Source: a virus. From it: DNA of 64,000 bases. The position numbers and the translations under genes are program-made. The DNA is taken from positions 1-64,000 of the IMG/VR virus record IMGVR_UViG_3300025099_000012; one strand, given 5' to 3'. The notes under the pieces were generated by a model, which saw only the letters and a program-made list of their open reading frames with translations, made no database searches and had not been told where the DNA came from. Of this stretch, positions 27,497 to 37,671 are shown piece after piece (within the stretch, counting starts at the first letter, position 1; the number at the start of each line of letters is the position of its first letter).

Positions 27497-27727
27497 TTAG
27501 CTATTATCCCCTGTTGTTTCTTCTTTAATCATTTGACTTAAATTTGCATGGATCTGTTCTTTCAAAATAGTTCCTAGCAAATGTTGATATGTCATGAGTA
27601 ATCGTGTTGTTTCCTTCAAGCTCGTTTGCAATGATTTCACATCACTGCATGAATCAATCTCATCAGTAATTACACGTAAACTTAGCACCTTCTCTAGTGG
27701 TAATGCATAGTCTTCCGGCTTGAACAT
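27497..27727 (-). CDS. second NblA-like protein
   Basis: LPLEKVLSLRVI..EI..C.DV..L...L...LM.YQ.L helical hairpin pattern. Confidence 0.45.
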   Translation of the reverse strand: MFKPEDYALPLEKVLSLRVITDEIDSCSDVKSLQTSLKETTRLLMTYQHLLGTILKEQIHANLSQMIKEETTGDNS

Positions 27728-27776
27728 AGACTATCCCTATTTATAATCTTCCTCTTTAGATTAGCGTACTATAAAA

Positions 27777-29663
27777 TTACTTGCTGTCAAACACCATATA
27801 TGCGGTCTTCGTTGAATCTAGATTTAATCCCTTTGATAGTGAGAATACAATCTCTGATATTGATATTCCGGTTCTTGTATATGATTTATTAAAGTTTGCA
27901 TAGGAAGCGTCAATCTCCTTCTCTAGTTTCTCGTCAAACAATGCCCTGACTTCAGCAGTCGGATATTTATTAGGTTCTTTAACTCTGATGTCATCATTGA
28001 ACATTGAAGCAACAGCGTGTTTGCATAGCTTGAAACTTAATCGATGTGATTCTGATTCCCAGCTGCTAACCTTACCTGCTGCCTGTGACTGACCTGATAT
28101 TCCATAATCATCTTGGCCTTGCGCTGTGGGTAGTGGATAGCGCAACTGTCTATTAGTTTTACGTTTACTTGGATCTTGATTTGACTGAGGCATCGACAAT
28201 AATGCCTGAGAATGATTAGGGCAACTGCAGGTATATGAGTTTGCTGGTGTTAACGCTGTACCTAAACCGAACACCTCATCCATCCATGGATCCACATCGG
28301 TATCAAGGTTTGTCCACTTAGTGTCTGTTGTAAATGTCTTTGCAAAACTATTGTCGGAGAATACCAATATTGATCCATCCAGCAGGTCAGGGTATAAGTT
28401 TATTTCTGCAGCATATGGGACTGCTTCATAGATCAAATTATTATTGACTATGTCAGCCTTACGAATTACAAAAGGAAGTATTGAATATGATATATTCTGC
28501 ACTTTTGGGGCTATAAAATCTCCTGTAATATAGATGCCTGGAAAATACTTTTGATAATCCGACTTTCTAAATGCATACGATCCTTTTACGGTATATGTAG
28601 CATTAGAGGTTGTAAAAATAGTTGGAAGGGATGTAAGATCGAGCATTGCTGGGGGCAATTCGTTTACGCCTTGATCTAGTGCCACTAATGACTTAGCCGA
28701 TTCCTGCTCTTCTATTGTTAACTCAAAGAAGTAATCATCGTCCAGATACACTGCTGAATCTAGATTTGAAATAGCTTTTTCTATAAAGAAATTAGTTATG
28801 TAAGTAATCTTGCCGTCTAGTAAGCTTGGGTTATTTAGTATGTCAAGTGTTTCTGCTTGTCTCGTTTGTGAGTTAATTCCTTGGTTAGGTACGAATGTTC
28901 CTGAGTTCTGAGTAACTGCTACATCACTTACAGGTATGCTCACTGATACTGTTGTGAGATTTCGAGTTAAATTGATCGCATTCGACAGTTCCCTTGTTAA
29001 TGTTTTTCCATTAAAAATACTTGGCAACCCGCTTGACGTTAGTACGTTTTTAAGTGTGGCTTCAGTTCTACCATTTTGTGTCAACGGTCCGTCAGAAATT
29101 CGTTCCCCAATCAGCTGTGGTAAAAGAAATTTATTTGTTGCGTCAGGAGTGATGACTACGTGTATTTCTCTATTTGCTTTATTTACTGGATAAGCAACAA
29201 CATCATTCTGAACCGATGTTATGGATCCTAAGTTTTTATACTCCTGAATTTTCTTTATGACATAGTACGTGTTTGTGTCAGCGTTAGCCGTTGGGTATTC
29301 GTATCCTGTGTATGTATTGTCAATTTCATAGCTCTTACCTTTGAACAAGGTAGAAGTAATTACTGCCTTTTTAAATGGCTGATTCGTAGAGCTTTTAGGT
29401 AGACCGGGGTCATACGACGTATCTTTGACCTTAAGGTCGTTCCATCCAGCATTGCTATATATCTCAAACCCCTTACGCCACTTCACCCAGTCACTATCTA
29501 AGTTCCACTTCTCAATTACTGATCGTTGGACCACTGAGCCGAACTGGCGATCACCTGGATAATATCCAGCAGCACCTGTTCCCTTACCTTTATCCAGTCG
29601 TCCAAATCCTTTAAACGCAAATGACTCTGTCGTACCAAAGCCATTCTGCTTCCTAGGCATCAA
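27777..29663 (-). CDS. probable structural protein with C-terminal SWIM-type Zn finger
   Basis: YTCSCPNH ... LCKHAVA. Confidence 0.55.
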   Translation of the reverse strand: MMPRKQNGFGTTESFAFKGFGRLDKGKGTGAAGYYPGDRQFGSVVQRSVIEKWNLDSDWVKWRKGFEIYSNAGWNDLKVKDTSYDPGLPKSSTNQPFKKAVITSTLFKGKSYEIDNTYTGYEYPTANADTNTYYVIKKIQEYKNLGSITSVQNDVVAYPVNKANREIHVVITPDATNKFLLPQLIGERISDGPLTQNGRTEATLKNVLTSSGLPSIFNGKTLTRELSNAINLTRNLTTVSVSIPVSDVAVTQNSGTFVPNQGINSQTRQAETLDILNNPSLLDGKITYITNFFIEKAISNLDSAVYLDDDYFFELTIEEQESAKSLVALDQGVNELPPAMLDLTSLPTIFTTSNATYTVKGSYAFRKSDYQKYFPGIYITGDFIAPKVQNISYSILPFVIRKADIVNNNLIYEAVPYAAEINLYPDLLDGSILVFSDNSFAKTFTTDTKWTNLDTDVDPWMDEVFGLGTALTPANSYTCSCPNHSQALLSMPQSNQDPSKRKTNRQLRYPLPTAQGQDDYGISGQSQAAGKVSSWESESHRLSFKLCKHAVASMFNDDIRVKEPNKYPTAEVRALFDEKLEKEIDASYANFNKSYTRTGISISEIVFSLSKGLNLDSTKTAYMVFDSK

Positions 29664-30169
29664 TAGAATCCGCCGTGCACCCCAAGCAATGGTGCCGCTG
29701 TAGCTGTGTCATTAGCACTTTGCTTCTTGACTGCTGCCCACAGAGCCTTGCCCTTAGGAATGTATAAGGCTTGGAATTGAGTTCCAATTACAATACTTGA
29801 GTCTGTAGAACCAACCCCTGGTACTGGATTCAATACAAACGGCATTCCTCCATACACAGTTTTTGATCCTTCTGTAGTAGCTCCATTGAAGGTGCCCAGG
29901 AAGGCTGCTTGAGATGGAATCAAGATATCCCTAGCAGTAGATAAATACATGTTGACTGTATATGCAGTATTGGTCTGCCTTGCCAATGTATAGATCTCAC
30001 CAATGATGGCCCCGTCATTTGTAGTGCAGTCAACGATTAGCTTGGCTCCGTTCGAACCACCAATAGAGATAACAGATGTCTGCTCAACTGTTGCACCGGC
30101 AAGGTCAACAATATTATGCAGTACGTTATCAACTAGTAGCGGTTGCTTATTAGTAGATGTAGAAGCCAT
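29660..30169 (-). CDS. probable virion structural protein
   Basis: Beta-rich, in late operon. Confidence 0.5.
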   Translation of the reverse strand: MASTSTNKQPLLVDNVLHNIVDLAGATVEQTSVISIGGSNGAKLIVDCTTNDGAIIGEIYTLARQTNTAYTVNMYLSTARDILIPSQAAFLGTFNGATTEGSKTVYGGMPFVLNPVPGVGSTDSSIVIGTQFQALYIPKGKALWAAVKKQSANDTATAAPLLGVHGGFY

Positions 30170-30660
30170 TATGCATTACCTTTGTTTGATTTACCTTTCT
30201 TGGCAATTGTAGTTTTAGTGCTGCCAGGAACCATTGCCATTGGATCAGGCATCATTGCTGGTTGACCAGTTAGTCCCATAGCGCTCTGTGGTTTACCCGT
30301 CATCGCAGGATGTGAATTGATTCCCACTGTGGCCAAATAATCTTGTGGTGCAAACATTGTTTGGTTATTTTTCAATGGCTTCACTTCTGTGCGACTTACC
30401 AATGTGGGGTCAATTGCATTTGCACCTAGTTGAGGTGCATTGACAAGACCCTTGTCTTGATACGTAAATTTATTGACAGTCATTGCATTTGGACCCTGAG
30501 GCATAGCACTAAACTGTGGTCCAAAGCTAACAACATTGTCTGGGTTGTTATTCTGTGTTGTTGGATCCCCAGGTGTCACTGACATGTTCATTGACAACAT
30601 TGCCCGTTTTGGGTCCAGGTTAATTGAGTTCTGTTGTGCTTTACTTAGAGCCATTATCAA
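30169..30660 (-). CDS. hypothetical M/P/Q-rich protein
   Basis: 163-aa ORF. Confidence 0.55.
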   Translation of the reverse strand: MIMALSKAQQNSINLDPKRAMLSMNMSVTPGDPTTQNNNPDNVVSFGPQFSAMPQGPNAMTVNKFTYQDKGLVNAPQLGANAIDPTLVSRTEVKPLKNNQTMFAPQDYLATVGINSHPAMTGKPQSAMGLTGQPAMMPDPMAMVPGSTKTTIAKKGKSNKGNA

Positions 30661-30962
30661 ATCCTCGTTGTTTGTTGACGATCATTGTTGCCATCATCTG
30701 AATTACCAACAGCATTCCGATACATAGCAAGCTTCCTGTCTAGAGCATCTGAAGCCATATCATTTTGTTCCTGAGCTTCAGGTTGAGGTTTTTCAAACCT
30801 TGCGTCAGGCATGGGTTCTCCAGTGTTGATTTCTGGTTGTACTCCACCAACAAAGGGGTTACCATCTGCTTGCGCACGAGCTTGCTTAAGTCTCATCTGA
30901 TAGTCATCTTCCTGACTATTCATGGTAATTTTAGGAGCACCGTGTGTATTTACGGCATGCAT
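30657..30962 (-). CDS. hypothetical protein
   Basis: 101-aa ORF. Confidence 0.55.
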   Translation of the reverse strand: MHAVNTHGAPKITMNSQEDDYQMRLKQARAQADGNPFVGGVQPEINTGEPMPDARFEKPQPEAQEQNDMASDALDRKLAMYRNAVGNSDDGNNDRQQTTRI

Positions 30963-30997
30963 AGTTTTATGGTTTAAATCCTAAGACTATTCTACAC

Positions 30998-31495
30998 TTA
31001 ACACCAACTTGTGCTTAGCATCATTCGAGTTCCCACTGCTGTATCTGCTGGACCTGGAACTGCCAAGATAAACTCTGCACCAGCACGTTCAAATGCATAA
31101 CGACGTACTTCTGGTCTCCGGTAGTTTGGAACGTATAAACTCTCAGCTAATCGATCGATTTCTCGTAGATAGATTTCACGGAAATAATCGTCACCTTTTA
31201 AGGGATCTGATGTTTGAATTGTACGTTCAACATCACCTGAAATAATTTCTTGTCTTGACGGATTTAGCGTCCGGCTGCCGCCTGCATCGAAGTAGTCATC
31301 TGGAATGGCTGCACTTGCACGCCACGCAATGTCACACCGTTTAATGTGATAGACAATTTGCTCATACCAGTAGTTGTCTGGAATAAGAGCCATGGCCTCT
31401 TCTAGGCGTGACCGATCTCCAGCAGGAATCTGTGCACCAGCATTGAACCCAAGATGAAATCTAGTTTTGGACTTTAGATAATCGTCTAGTTCCAT
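30998..31495 (-). CDS. head-tail adaptor-like protein
   Basis: Helical 165 aa with early RFHLG, downstream of capsid genes. Confidence 0.45.
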   Translation of the reverse strand: MELDDYLKSKTRFHLGFNAGAQIPAGDRSRLEEAMALIPDNYWYEQIVYHIKRCDIAWRASAAIPDDYFDAGGSRTLNPSRQEIISGDVERTIQTSDPLKGDDYFREIYLREIDRLAESLYVPNYRRPEVRRYAFERAGAEFILAVPGPADTAVGTRMMLSTSWC

Positions 31496-31944
31496 TACGC
31501 AGCTCCAGTGATATTGCTGTAAGTGTCAGCTAACACTGATTGCAGTTGATATGTTTCTGAAGGGCTTAATGCTCCTTCAGTTTGTAGCTTTGCCAATAGT
31601 ATGGCTGCTGGATTGTCTTGCATAGCTTCTTGCTGGATACCCGCACCTAAAGCTCCACCTAGAATTGCTCCTACTAAGCCTCCAGCAAAACGAGGCCCTG
31701 GTTTAACTGCGGCACGCACACCCTGCAATCCAGTTTTTGAAACTGGAGTTAATCCTTTCCCTGCCGCCAAACGATCTTTCAGATTGTTAATGAATAGTCC
31801 ACCTTGATGTGGTAATTCACCTGCGACTGCACCAAGGAGAGCACCACCTCCACCTCCTAGTAGAGCAGCAGTGCCAGTACCCATTTGATTCTGTTGATCT
31901 TGCTGCGCTTTAGCTAGTAACGCTTCTTCAATACTAATTGCCAT
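31495..31944 (-). CDS. glycine-zipper protein
   Basis: GGGGALLGAVAG, GGLVGAILGGALG. Confidence 0.55.
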   Translation of the reverse strand: MAISIEEALLAKAQQDQQNQMGTGTAALLGGGGGALLGAVAGELPHQGGLFINNLKDRLAAGKGLTPVSKTGLQGVRAAVKPGPRFAGGLVGAILGGALGAGIQQEAMQDNPAAILLAKLQTEGALSPSETYQLQSVLADTYSNITGAA

Positions 31945-31973
31945 TACTATACTTTGACTTTAATATTACTAGT

Positions 31974-32408
31974 TTAACTAATAAAGATTAAGTCCTCTTC
32001 AATTAATTGATCCCAATTAACCCGTGGGATGTTCTCAAGCTGCTTGAGATTAGCAAACCTCTCACCACTCAGAGACATACGTAGTTCAACTATCTTTTTG
32101 GCTGTAGCAAAACCTACACCTGGTAACCGTTTTGCAATCTGTTCTGCTTGAGCTGCATTCAAATTCAATCGCATATCTTCAATAGGAACAATCGGATCAG
32201 GCAATGGCTCTTCAGGAAGCTCTTGCTCAAGCTGTGCAATCTTAACCATTCGACCTTTTTCACGGTCATACGGAACAAGTTGATCCAATGTCATGAATGT
32301 GACGTTACCTCCAGCATCTTTTACCATCGCAAATTCTTTATCGTGAGTACTGATAAACTCAACTAGTTTGCCAGTCTTACTATCTTGAAATAACTTTTGA
32401 TCGGACAT
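31974..32408 (-). CDS. helix-hairpin-helix (ComEA-like) DNA-binding protein
   Basis: LNLNAAQAEQIAKRLPGVGFATAKKIVELR..F..L; likely start MSDQK at 32408. Confidence 0.7.
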   Translation of the reverse strand: MSDQKLFQDSKTGKLVEFISTHDKEFAMVKDAGGNVTFMTLDQLVPYDREKGRMVKIAQLEQELPEEPLPDPIVPIEDMRLNLNAAQAEQIAKRLPGVGFATAKKIVELRMSLSGERFANLKQLENIPRVNWDQLIEEDLIFIS

Positions 32409-32443
32409 ATTTTTTGGGGTATTCCTTTTCATATTATAAGCAC

Positions 32444-32471
32444 AAAAAAAGCGCCTCATAAGAGACGCTTT
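32444..32471 (-). terminator. terminator after capsid genes
   Basis: - strand AAAGCGTCTCTTATGAGGCGCTTTTTTT. Confidence 0.75.
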
Positions 32472-32490
32472 GGTTATCTGATTGTTATTA

Positions 32491-33132
32491 TCAGGTGCCT
32501 TGACCAGCTTCAATTCCGTAAGGAATGTGAGCATCGCTAGCGTCAGGAGCCGGAGCAGGACGGTAGTAGCAGATCTCGACCAGAATGGCGGAGGGGCTCT
32601 TACGGTCTGCACCCACAGAAGGGTTCTGCTCAGCAGTGCAGTTTGCAGAAGTAATGACCTGAACGGTGGTATCAGCAGAAGTGCTAATAGCAGTTCCGTT
32701 GACAATGCCCAACATTGCGGAGGCAGCGCCATCAGCAGGGAAGAACTTGTCAGCAGCTGCAGTCAGTGTTACTTCACTGCCAGTGTCACCAGGAGCGTTA
32801 CCACCAAGAGCAACAATCTTGATGGTGTTACCAGATGCAGTAGCTTTAACGCCAGGTGCATTCAATGCGGTGCGATAAACAACGGAATTCTTAGGAATCA
32901 CGAATGCTTTATCGGTACGTGGCTTGTCATCCTGACGAAGATCAGGTGACAGAACCTTCAAGCTATAGGTGCCAGCAGACAGGACACCACCGGAAAGAGT
33001 TCCAGCGTTGTCAGGATCTAAAACGAGAGCACCGACGATACGGTAGAACTCAACACCTGGGAGAGCCTCAACACCCTGTTCGCGATATGCGTTCAGGTGG
33101 GCTACATAATTACCGGGAAAAATTACGGACAT
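32491..33132 (-). CDS. capsid decoration/minor capsid protein
   Basis: Follows MCP, shares its codon style, ends at terminator. Confidence 0.55.
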   Translation of the reverse strand: MSVIFPGNYVAHLNAYREQGVEALPGVEFYRIVGALVLDPDNAGTLSGGVLSAGTYSLKVLSPDLRQDDKPRTDKAFVIPKNSVVYRTALNAPGVKATASGNTIKIVALGGNAPGDTGSEVTLTAAADKFFPADGAASAMLGIVNGTAISTSADTTVQVITSANCTAEQNPSVGADRKSPSAILVEICYYRPAPAPDASDAHIPYGIEAGQGT

Positions 33133-33148
33133 AGTTAGTTAGCTCCTA

Positions 33149-34297
33149 TCAATAAACGAAAGAGTAACCAACCGTAATGAAATCGCGGTTAAGCGTTTCA
33201 AAACCGGCAAACAGCGACCAGATCATGATGATGAAACGGCTGAAGTCATCGTTGTTATTCAACAAAATCTGAGCGTTGTTACCACCAATACCCACGCCAA
33301 CAGCCTGAGGGCCGAAGAAGACAAGTTGAGATGCTGTGTAATCAGCAGCTCCTGCAGCTTCGTCAGCAACAATCAAGTTGTATGTGGTTTCGGGCAGGTT
33401 GGTGGACTCAAACCAACGGACACCCTCAAAGAGGAAGCCAGTAGGCATAACGGGTTGACCGGCAACAAAGCCAGCTTGGCCGTAAGCAGGTCCCATGCCT
33501 TGGTAGAAGTTGGCGTTGGGAGCCTCAGCAGGGTTCATAGGATTAACAATCCCTTGACCCGGATAACGAGCGATCTCGCGGAAGTCTGCGTTCTGACGCA
33601 GATGCATCATTGCGGTTGGATCGACGATGCAACGGTAGTAACCATCAGCGAAGGTAGGAACGTTGCGCTTACGCATGTCCTTAACCACTTCGAGGAGGTC
33701 AGTCTTTACATCAAATTTGGCGGACTCACCAGCGGCGTACGTCACACCCAAGGTTCCACCAGCACCGCCTTTAGGCTTGCCACCTGGCAGGTAGTAACCA
33801 CCTTGATCTTTGCTGGCTTGACCAGCAGCTTCTGCCTTCAGCAGTTCGTTTGCGAAGACACGATCACGCCAACGACGATAGTCATCCAGCAGGGTCAAAG
33901 AACCGATGCTTTGGTGGAAGACATTCAGGTTGCCAGTATCAAGTAGCAGACGCTGAGCAGTAATCAGGGTTTCACGAGCCACCTTAAAAGTAGAAGGCTG
34001 TGAAGCATCGCGGGAATCAGCGGGACCGGTGTACTCGCGGAGAGTAACCAGTACTTTGTCCTTGACGATGTTGCGTGCGGAGGCGGATCCAAGTGTTTGA
34101 TCGGCAGTCCGCTCACGGGACTCCTTAGTGCCAGGTTTGCCCCAGAAGCGATACCGGTCTAACTGAACAGTTTGACCAGGTTGCTTGGAGAAATCATGAA
34201 CGACCACAGGTTCAACGGCCATCTCAATGATGTATGCCGGATGCGGACGATATAGTTCAGCACCAAGAAGCTTCGGAAAATCATTATCAATCCACAT
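33149..34297 (-). CDS. major capsid protein
   Basis: 382 aa, PGQTVQL..TLREY..YRCIVDP..L..FEGVRWFESTN (N4 gp56-like pattern), high-expression codon bias. Confidence 0.8.
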   Translation of the reverse strand: MWIDNDFPKLLGAELYRPHPAYIIEMAVEPVVVHDFSKQPGQTVQLDRYRFWGKPGTKESRERTADQTLGSASARNIVKDKVLVTLREYTGPADSRDASQPSTFKVARETLITAQRLLLDTGNLNVFHQSIGSLTLLDDYRRWRDRVFANELLKAEAAGQASKDQGGYYLPGGKPKGGAGGTLGVTYAAGESAKFDVKTDLLEVVKDMRKRNVPTFADGYYRCIVDPTAMMHLRQNADFREIARYPGQGIVNPMNPAEAPNANFYQGMGPAYGQAGFVAGQPVMPTGFLFEGVRWFESTNLPETTYNLIVADEAAGAADYTASQLVFFGPQAVGVGIGGNNAQILLNNNDDFSRFIIMIWSLFAGFETLNRDFITVGYSFVY

Positions 34298-34404
34298 AGG
34301 ATCGTAACTCCGTAAGCTAAAAAGTTATAAGTGACTTCGACTTAGTCACATATAATGATAGTACTTGTTATTGCTATACTTTTAACTATATACCCCAATA
34401 TTTT

Positions 34405-34788
34405 GTGGTTATGGAATTTATAGATGATAAAATTTGGACGCCTATTCATACCTTGCCTGGATATGAATGCTGCATCGAATACTACATAAACTCAATCGGT
34501 GATATCAAAAGTACTAAAGGTCGATCTGAAAAGCTTTTGAAGCAGCGTAAAAATAAAAATGGATATATGCAGGTCAACCTCACGCAACGCATTGGTAGAA
34601 AACGTACTGTTACCGTTACTGTTCATAAGCTTGTTGCACTTGCATTTCTAAAGCCTCCATTAACAATGCCCGGAAGGACTAAAGCTTGCAGCCGAGTAGC
34701 ACATGTAGATGGTCATAAAAACAATAACTCTGCTTCAAATCTTAAATGGACTAAAATAGAAGAAAGTTGTAATAGCAAAAATGGCTGA
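34405..34788 (+). CDS. NUMOD4-HNH homing endonuclease-like protein
   Basis: W..I.GYE..Y.INSIGDIKS..GYMQVNL..VHKLVALAFL..HVDGHKNNNSASNLKW. Confidence 0.8.
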   Translation: MVMEFIDDKIWTPIHTLPGYECCIEYYINSIGDIKSTKGRSEKLLKQRKNKNGYMQVNLTQRIGRKRTVTVTVHKLVALAFLKPPLTMPGRTKACSRVAHVDGHKNNNSASNLKWTKIEESCNSKNG

Positions 34789-35269
34789 TAGTCTTATTCT
34801 TTCTGGTGTTAAAGGTGTATCTAAGCACACTGGTAAAGAACTGCTGCTGACTCGTCCAAAGCGTGGTGGCGATACACATAAACTTAAGGAATGGTGGCAC
34901 GGTACTAATGGTGCACAGTATGTAAATTGCACAATTTTTGATGTCACTGCTAATGGACAAACAGTTAAATTAGCTGTCGCAACAGGGGACTCTTCGTTCT
35001 TGCGTATTGATCATGATGGTAAATTGAATTTTGCTTTCTATGGTGCACGTGGCGTTACTCGTGCGGCACTCTTTAGCTCTGATCTAAAGCTTATTGAGCA
35101 CTATGTCTTGCCGAGTATTAGTAAAGGTAAAGTCATGACTGTCAAACCACATGGCTCTGAAGAGAAGCCCTCCTCTATAGTCAAGCCTGAGCCGAGACCT
35201 CTCGCACCTAAGCCTGCTAAGAAAGTAGCAAAGAAGACTATTAAAGCGTTAATTAAAGACGAAGACTAG
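34781..35269 (+). CDS. hypothetical protein with basic tail
   Basis: Paralog of 17837..18214; PKPAKKVAKK tail. Confidence 0.55.
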   Translation: MADSLILSGVKGVSKHTGKELLLTRPKRGGDTHKLKEWWHGTNGAQYVNCTIFDVTANGQTVKLAVATGDSSFLRIDHDGKLNFAFYGARGVTRAALFSSDLKLIEHYVLPSISKGKVMTVKPHGSEEKPSSIVKPEPRPLAPKPAKKVAKKTIKALIKDED

Positions 35270-35955
35270 AAGCTCGGACGGTCTGCAAGTCGCATGATGT
35301 AGCTTTTGTCTTCAATTGACTCAAGCGACTTGTATTCGTTGCCAACATCAATCTGAATTTTATAAGGAAGGCGTTTAGTGTTTCTAGCATGGATGCCTAC
35401 GTAGAAGAAGTCTCGTGGCTTGATATACATCTTGTCGTAGGGATGTTCTTCATTCTCACTTGTATATAGTCGAACATCAAGATAGCTGTTGTTATAGATA
35501 TTTGATGCTTTAAGATTTTCAAGATCTACACTCAGGTATGAATCTGATCCAATTGCCGGAAGAGTAAGTGGAGGCGTAGCAGCTGACGAATAGCCTGGAT
35601 CTGATTCGGCACCCGCTTGATCGAGACTACTGGTTACATAACCTGTGTCGTCTTCTTCGCTGTAGAAATCAATATCTGCTTTGATATAACCAGGCTCCAG
35701 ATATTCCTTAAGAACAATGTCGCCAATAATATTCAGCTTTACTTTGATGAAATGATTTTCTACACCAAATAAACCTACTGCATCTTCATACTGCAGTGAG
35801 AATGGTACAACATTGACCTCCGCTACTTCAGCTTTGGATATACTCGCACCAGTCGCATAGTTGAGAGATTTACTTGATGAATACCGATCTGGATTAGTGT
35901 TGTCACTAGCAGAATATGTATTGTTTTGCCTCAGTATTTCTGTAGTGACATTCAT
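35266..35955 (-). CDS. hypothetical protein
   Basis: 229-aa ORF. Confidence 0.6.
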   Translation of the reverse strand: MNVTTEILRQNNTYSASDNTNPDRYSSSKSLNYATGASISKAEVAEVNVVPFSLQYEDAVGLFGVENHFIKVKLNIIGDIVLKEYLEPGYIKADIDFYSEEDDTGYVTSSLDQAGAESDPGYSSAATPPLTLPAIGSDSYLSVDLENLKASNIYNNSYLDVRLYTSENEEHPYDKMYIKPRDFFYVGIHARNTKRLPYKIQIDVGNEYKSLESIEDKSYIMRLADRPSF

Positions 35956-35984
35956 GTCTGCATTTATTCAATAACTCTATTGTA

Positions 35985-36926
35985 TTAAAGATACTCGCTT
36001 ACACTATTGGACTGTTCTCGTAGATTTTTAAGAGCTTTATTTTCTAGAGTTCTGACTCGATCACGGCTCATGTTCAACATTTGTCCAATTGCAGTCATGG
36101 ACATTGGTTCTAGTATTTCTTCCCCAATCCCATATCGCATACTAATTACTGCAGCCTGCATTTCAGGTAGATCTTGAATGAGCTCACGAATGTCTTCCTT
36201 AATGAATTGTTGTTCTAGCAGCATCTCAGGTAATTGTGTTTTATCTTCTAGTAGATCTATTAGAGCGGTATCTCGGTTCTCTCCAATTTTTATTTCAAGT
36301 GATGTTGGTTGCCGAGCTTTACACATCAAATCTTTAATGTCATCAACAGACAGGTTGAGGTATTCAGACAACTCAAATACGTTTGGTAGTTGACCATTGA
36401 TTTGACTTAGTTCACGCTGGGCTTTCTTAAGTTTGTTGAGGTTCTCAGTAACATGGATCGGTAAACGAATCGCCCTCGATTTTTCAGCGATAGCGCGAGT
36501 GATCCCTTGACGGATCCACCAGTAGGCGTAAGTAGAAAACTTGTAACCACGACCAGGATCAAACTTCTCCACGCCACGGACCAAGCCAATGGTACCTTCC
36601 TGGATAATATCCAATAGGTCCATGTTGCGCTTAGTATATTTTTTGGCGACTGAAACAACAAGCCGGAGGTTTGCTGTAACCATTTTGTCTTTTGCCTTTT
36701 CACCATCTCTAATTTGCTTACGAAGTTCCTTGTAAGGAATGTCCATTACTTGAGAAAGATCTTTTGTATCGTCTAGTGCTAACTCTTCTTTGATCGCTTT
36801 AATTTCCATTAGACGTTGTACATTTCTACCTAGCAGGATTTCTTCGTCATGCTGAAGTAAGGGAATTCTTCCAATGTCACGAAGATATGCACGGACAGAA
36901 TCTCCAGTACTCTTTGTAGATGCCAT
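35985..36926 (-). CDS. RpoD-family (group 2-like) RNA polymerase sigma factor
   Basis: DSVRAYLRDIGRIPLL, ANLRLVVSVAKKY, FSTYAYWWIRQGITR, region 4 HTH; no region 1.1. Confidence 0.95.
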   Translation of the reverse strand: MASTKSTGDSVRAYLRDIGRIPLLQHDEEILLGRNVQRLMEIKAIKEELALDDTKDLSQVMDIPYKELRKQIRDGEKAKDKMVTANLRLVVSVAKKYTKRNMDLLDIIQEGTIGLVRGVEKFDPGRGYKFSTYAYWWIRQGITRAIAEKSRAIRLPIHVTENLNKLKKAQRELSQINGQLPNVFELSEYLNLSVDDIKDLMCKARQPTSLEIKIGENRDTALIDLLEDKTQLPEMLLEQQFIKEDIRELIQDLPEMQAAVISMRYGIGEEILEPMSMTAIGQMLNMSRDRVRTLENKALKNLREQSNSVSEYL

Positions 36927-36973
36927 ATTTCCTTTTTGCTTATATTTAATTCTATCAGCCTATTTGATATTTA

Positions 36974-37264
36974 TCAACCATATATTCGTGCAAATCTTGT
37001 ATTTTCTCCTGGGTTTTCGCCAGACTCAAGTGACTCAACCGCCATTGCTTGGGCAGCATGCTCGTTAAACCCTTTCTCCTTATAATTGTTCAAGTTCCTT
37101 TCATACTGCTCTATTGAGCTTTCAAAGTCTTCGCCGTGGTGAATCATCTCAGCTGCCATTTGATTTGCAGCTTGATCCTCTACTCCATCTGATTTTAGAT
37201 GTTTCCATATTGCCTGAAAAATCTCAGGATCATTTGCATAATCACCCGCTTTTCTGTTATTCAC
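36974..37264 (-). CDS. hypothetical protein with internal repeat
   Basis: K.DG..DQAANQMAAE / KEKG..EHAAQAMAVE; N-terminal RKAGD. Confidence 0.55.
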   Translation of the reverse strand: MNNRKAGDYANDPEIFQAIWKHLKSDGVEDQAANQMAAEMIHHGEDFESSIEQYERNLNNYKEKGFNEHAAQAMAVESLESGENPGENTRFARIYG

Positions 37265-37305
37265 TTGGCAACACTTTGAATCTCTATTTATTCTATCAAT
37301 TACTA

Positions 37306-37629
37306 TTAAGCGAATCCTTTAAGGCGTTCCCGTAGTAAAGCTTGTTCGGGCACAGATGCCATTTTAAAAGCAGCATAGTTTGGGTCTGCCATTCTTGCCG
37401 TTTCACTGTCATTACCTTTAGCTGCCAAAATTGCCATTGCAACATGACCTGACTTCTGCTGGTTAGCTATTTGTGCGGCACTAAGACCAGCAACACGTTC
37501 CATGCCTTCCCTGGCTGCAAGTCCTTGAGTTTCATTAGTAATTGCCTGTTGTCCGGCATTACTGGCTAGTAGCTGACCTTGAATTTTTTGTTGGTATGAA
37601 TTTGCATCCATATCGTTGGAGTACATCAT
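37306..37629 (-). CDS. hypothetical protein
   Basis: 107-aa A/Q-rich ORF. Confidence 0.55.
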   Translation of the reverse strand: MMYSNDMDANSYQQKIQGQLLASNAGQQAITNETQGLAAREGMERVAGLSAAQIANQQKSGHVAMAILAAKGNDSETARMADPNYAAFKMASVPEQALLRERLKGFA

Positions 37630-37671
37630 TTCTACAATTAGCTTAATTCTGTTACTTATATTGTACGTAAA

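Noticed and set aside
32409-32732. N-terminal extension of the HhH ORF
   Set aside because: Crosses a terminator and overlaps the capsid-associated gene; MSDQK start preferred
33326-33946. 206-aa antisense ORF over the capsid gene and similar shadow ORFs
   Set aside because: Mirror frames of genes with strong codon bias; no independent support
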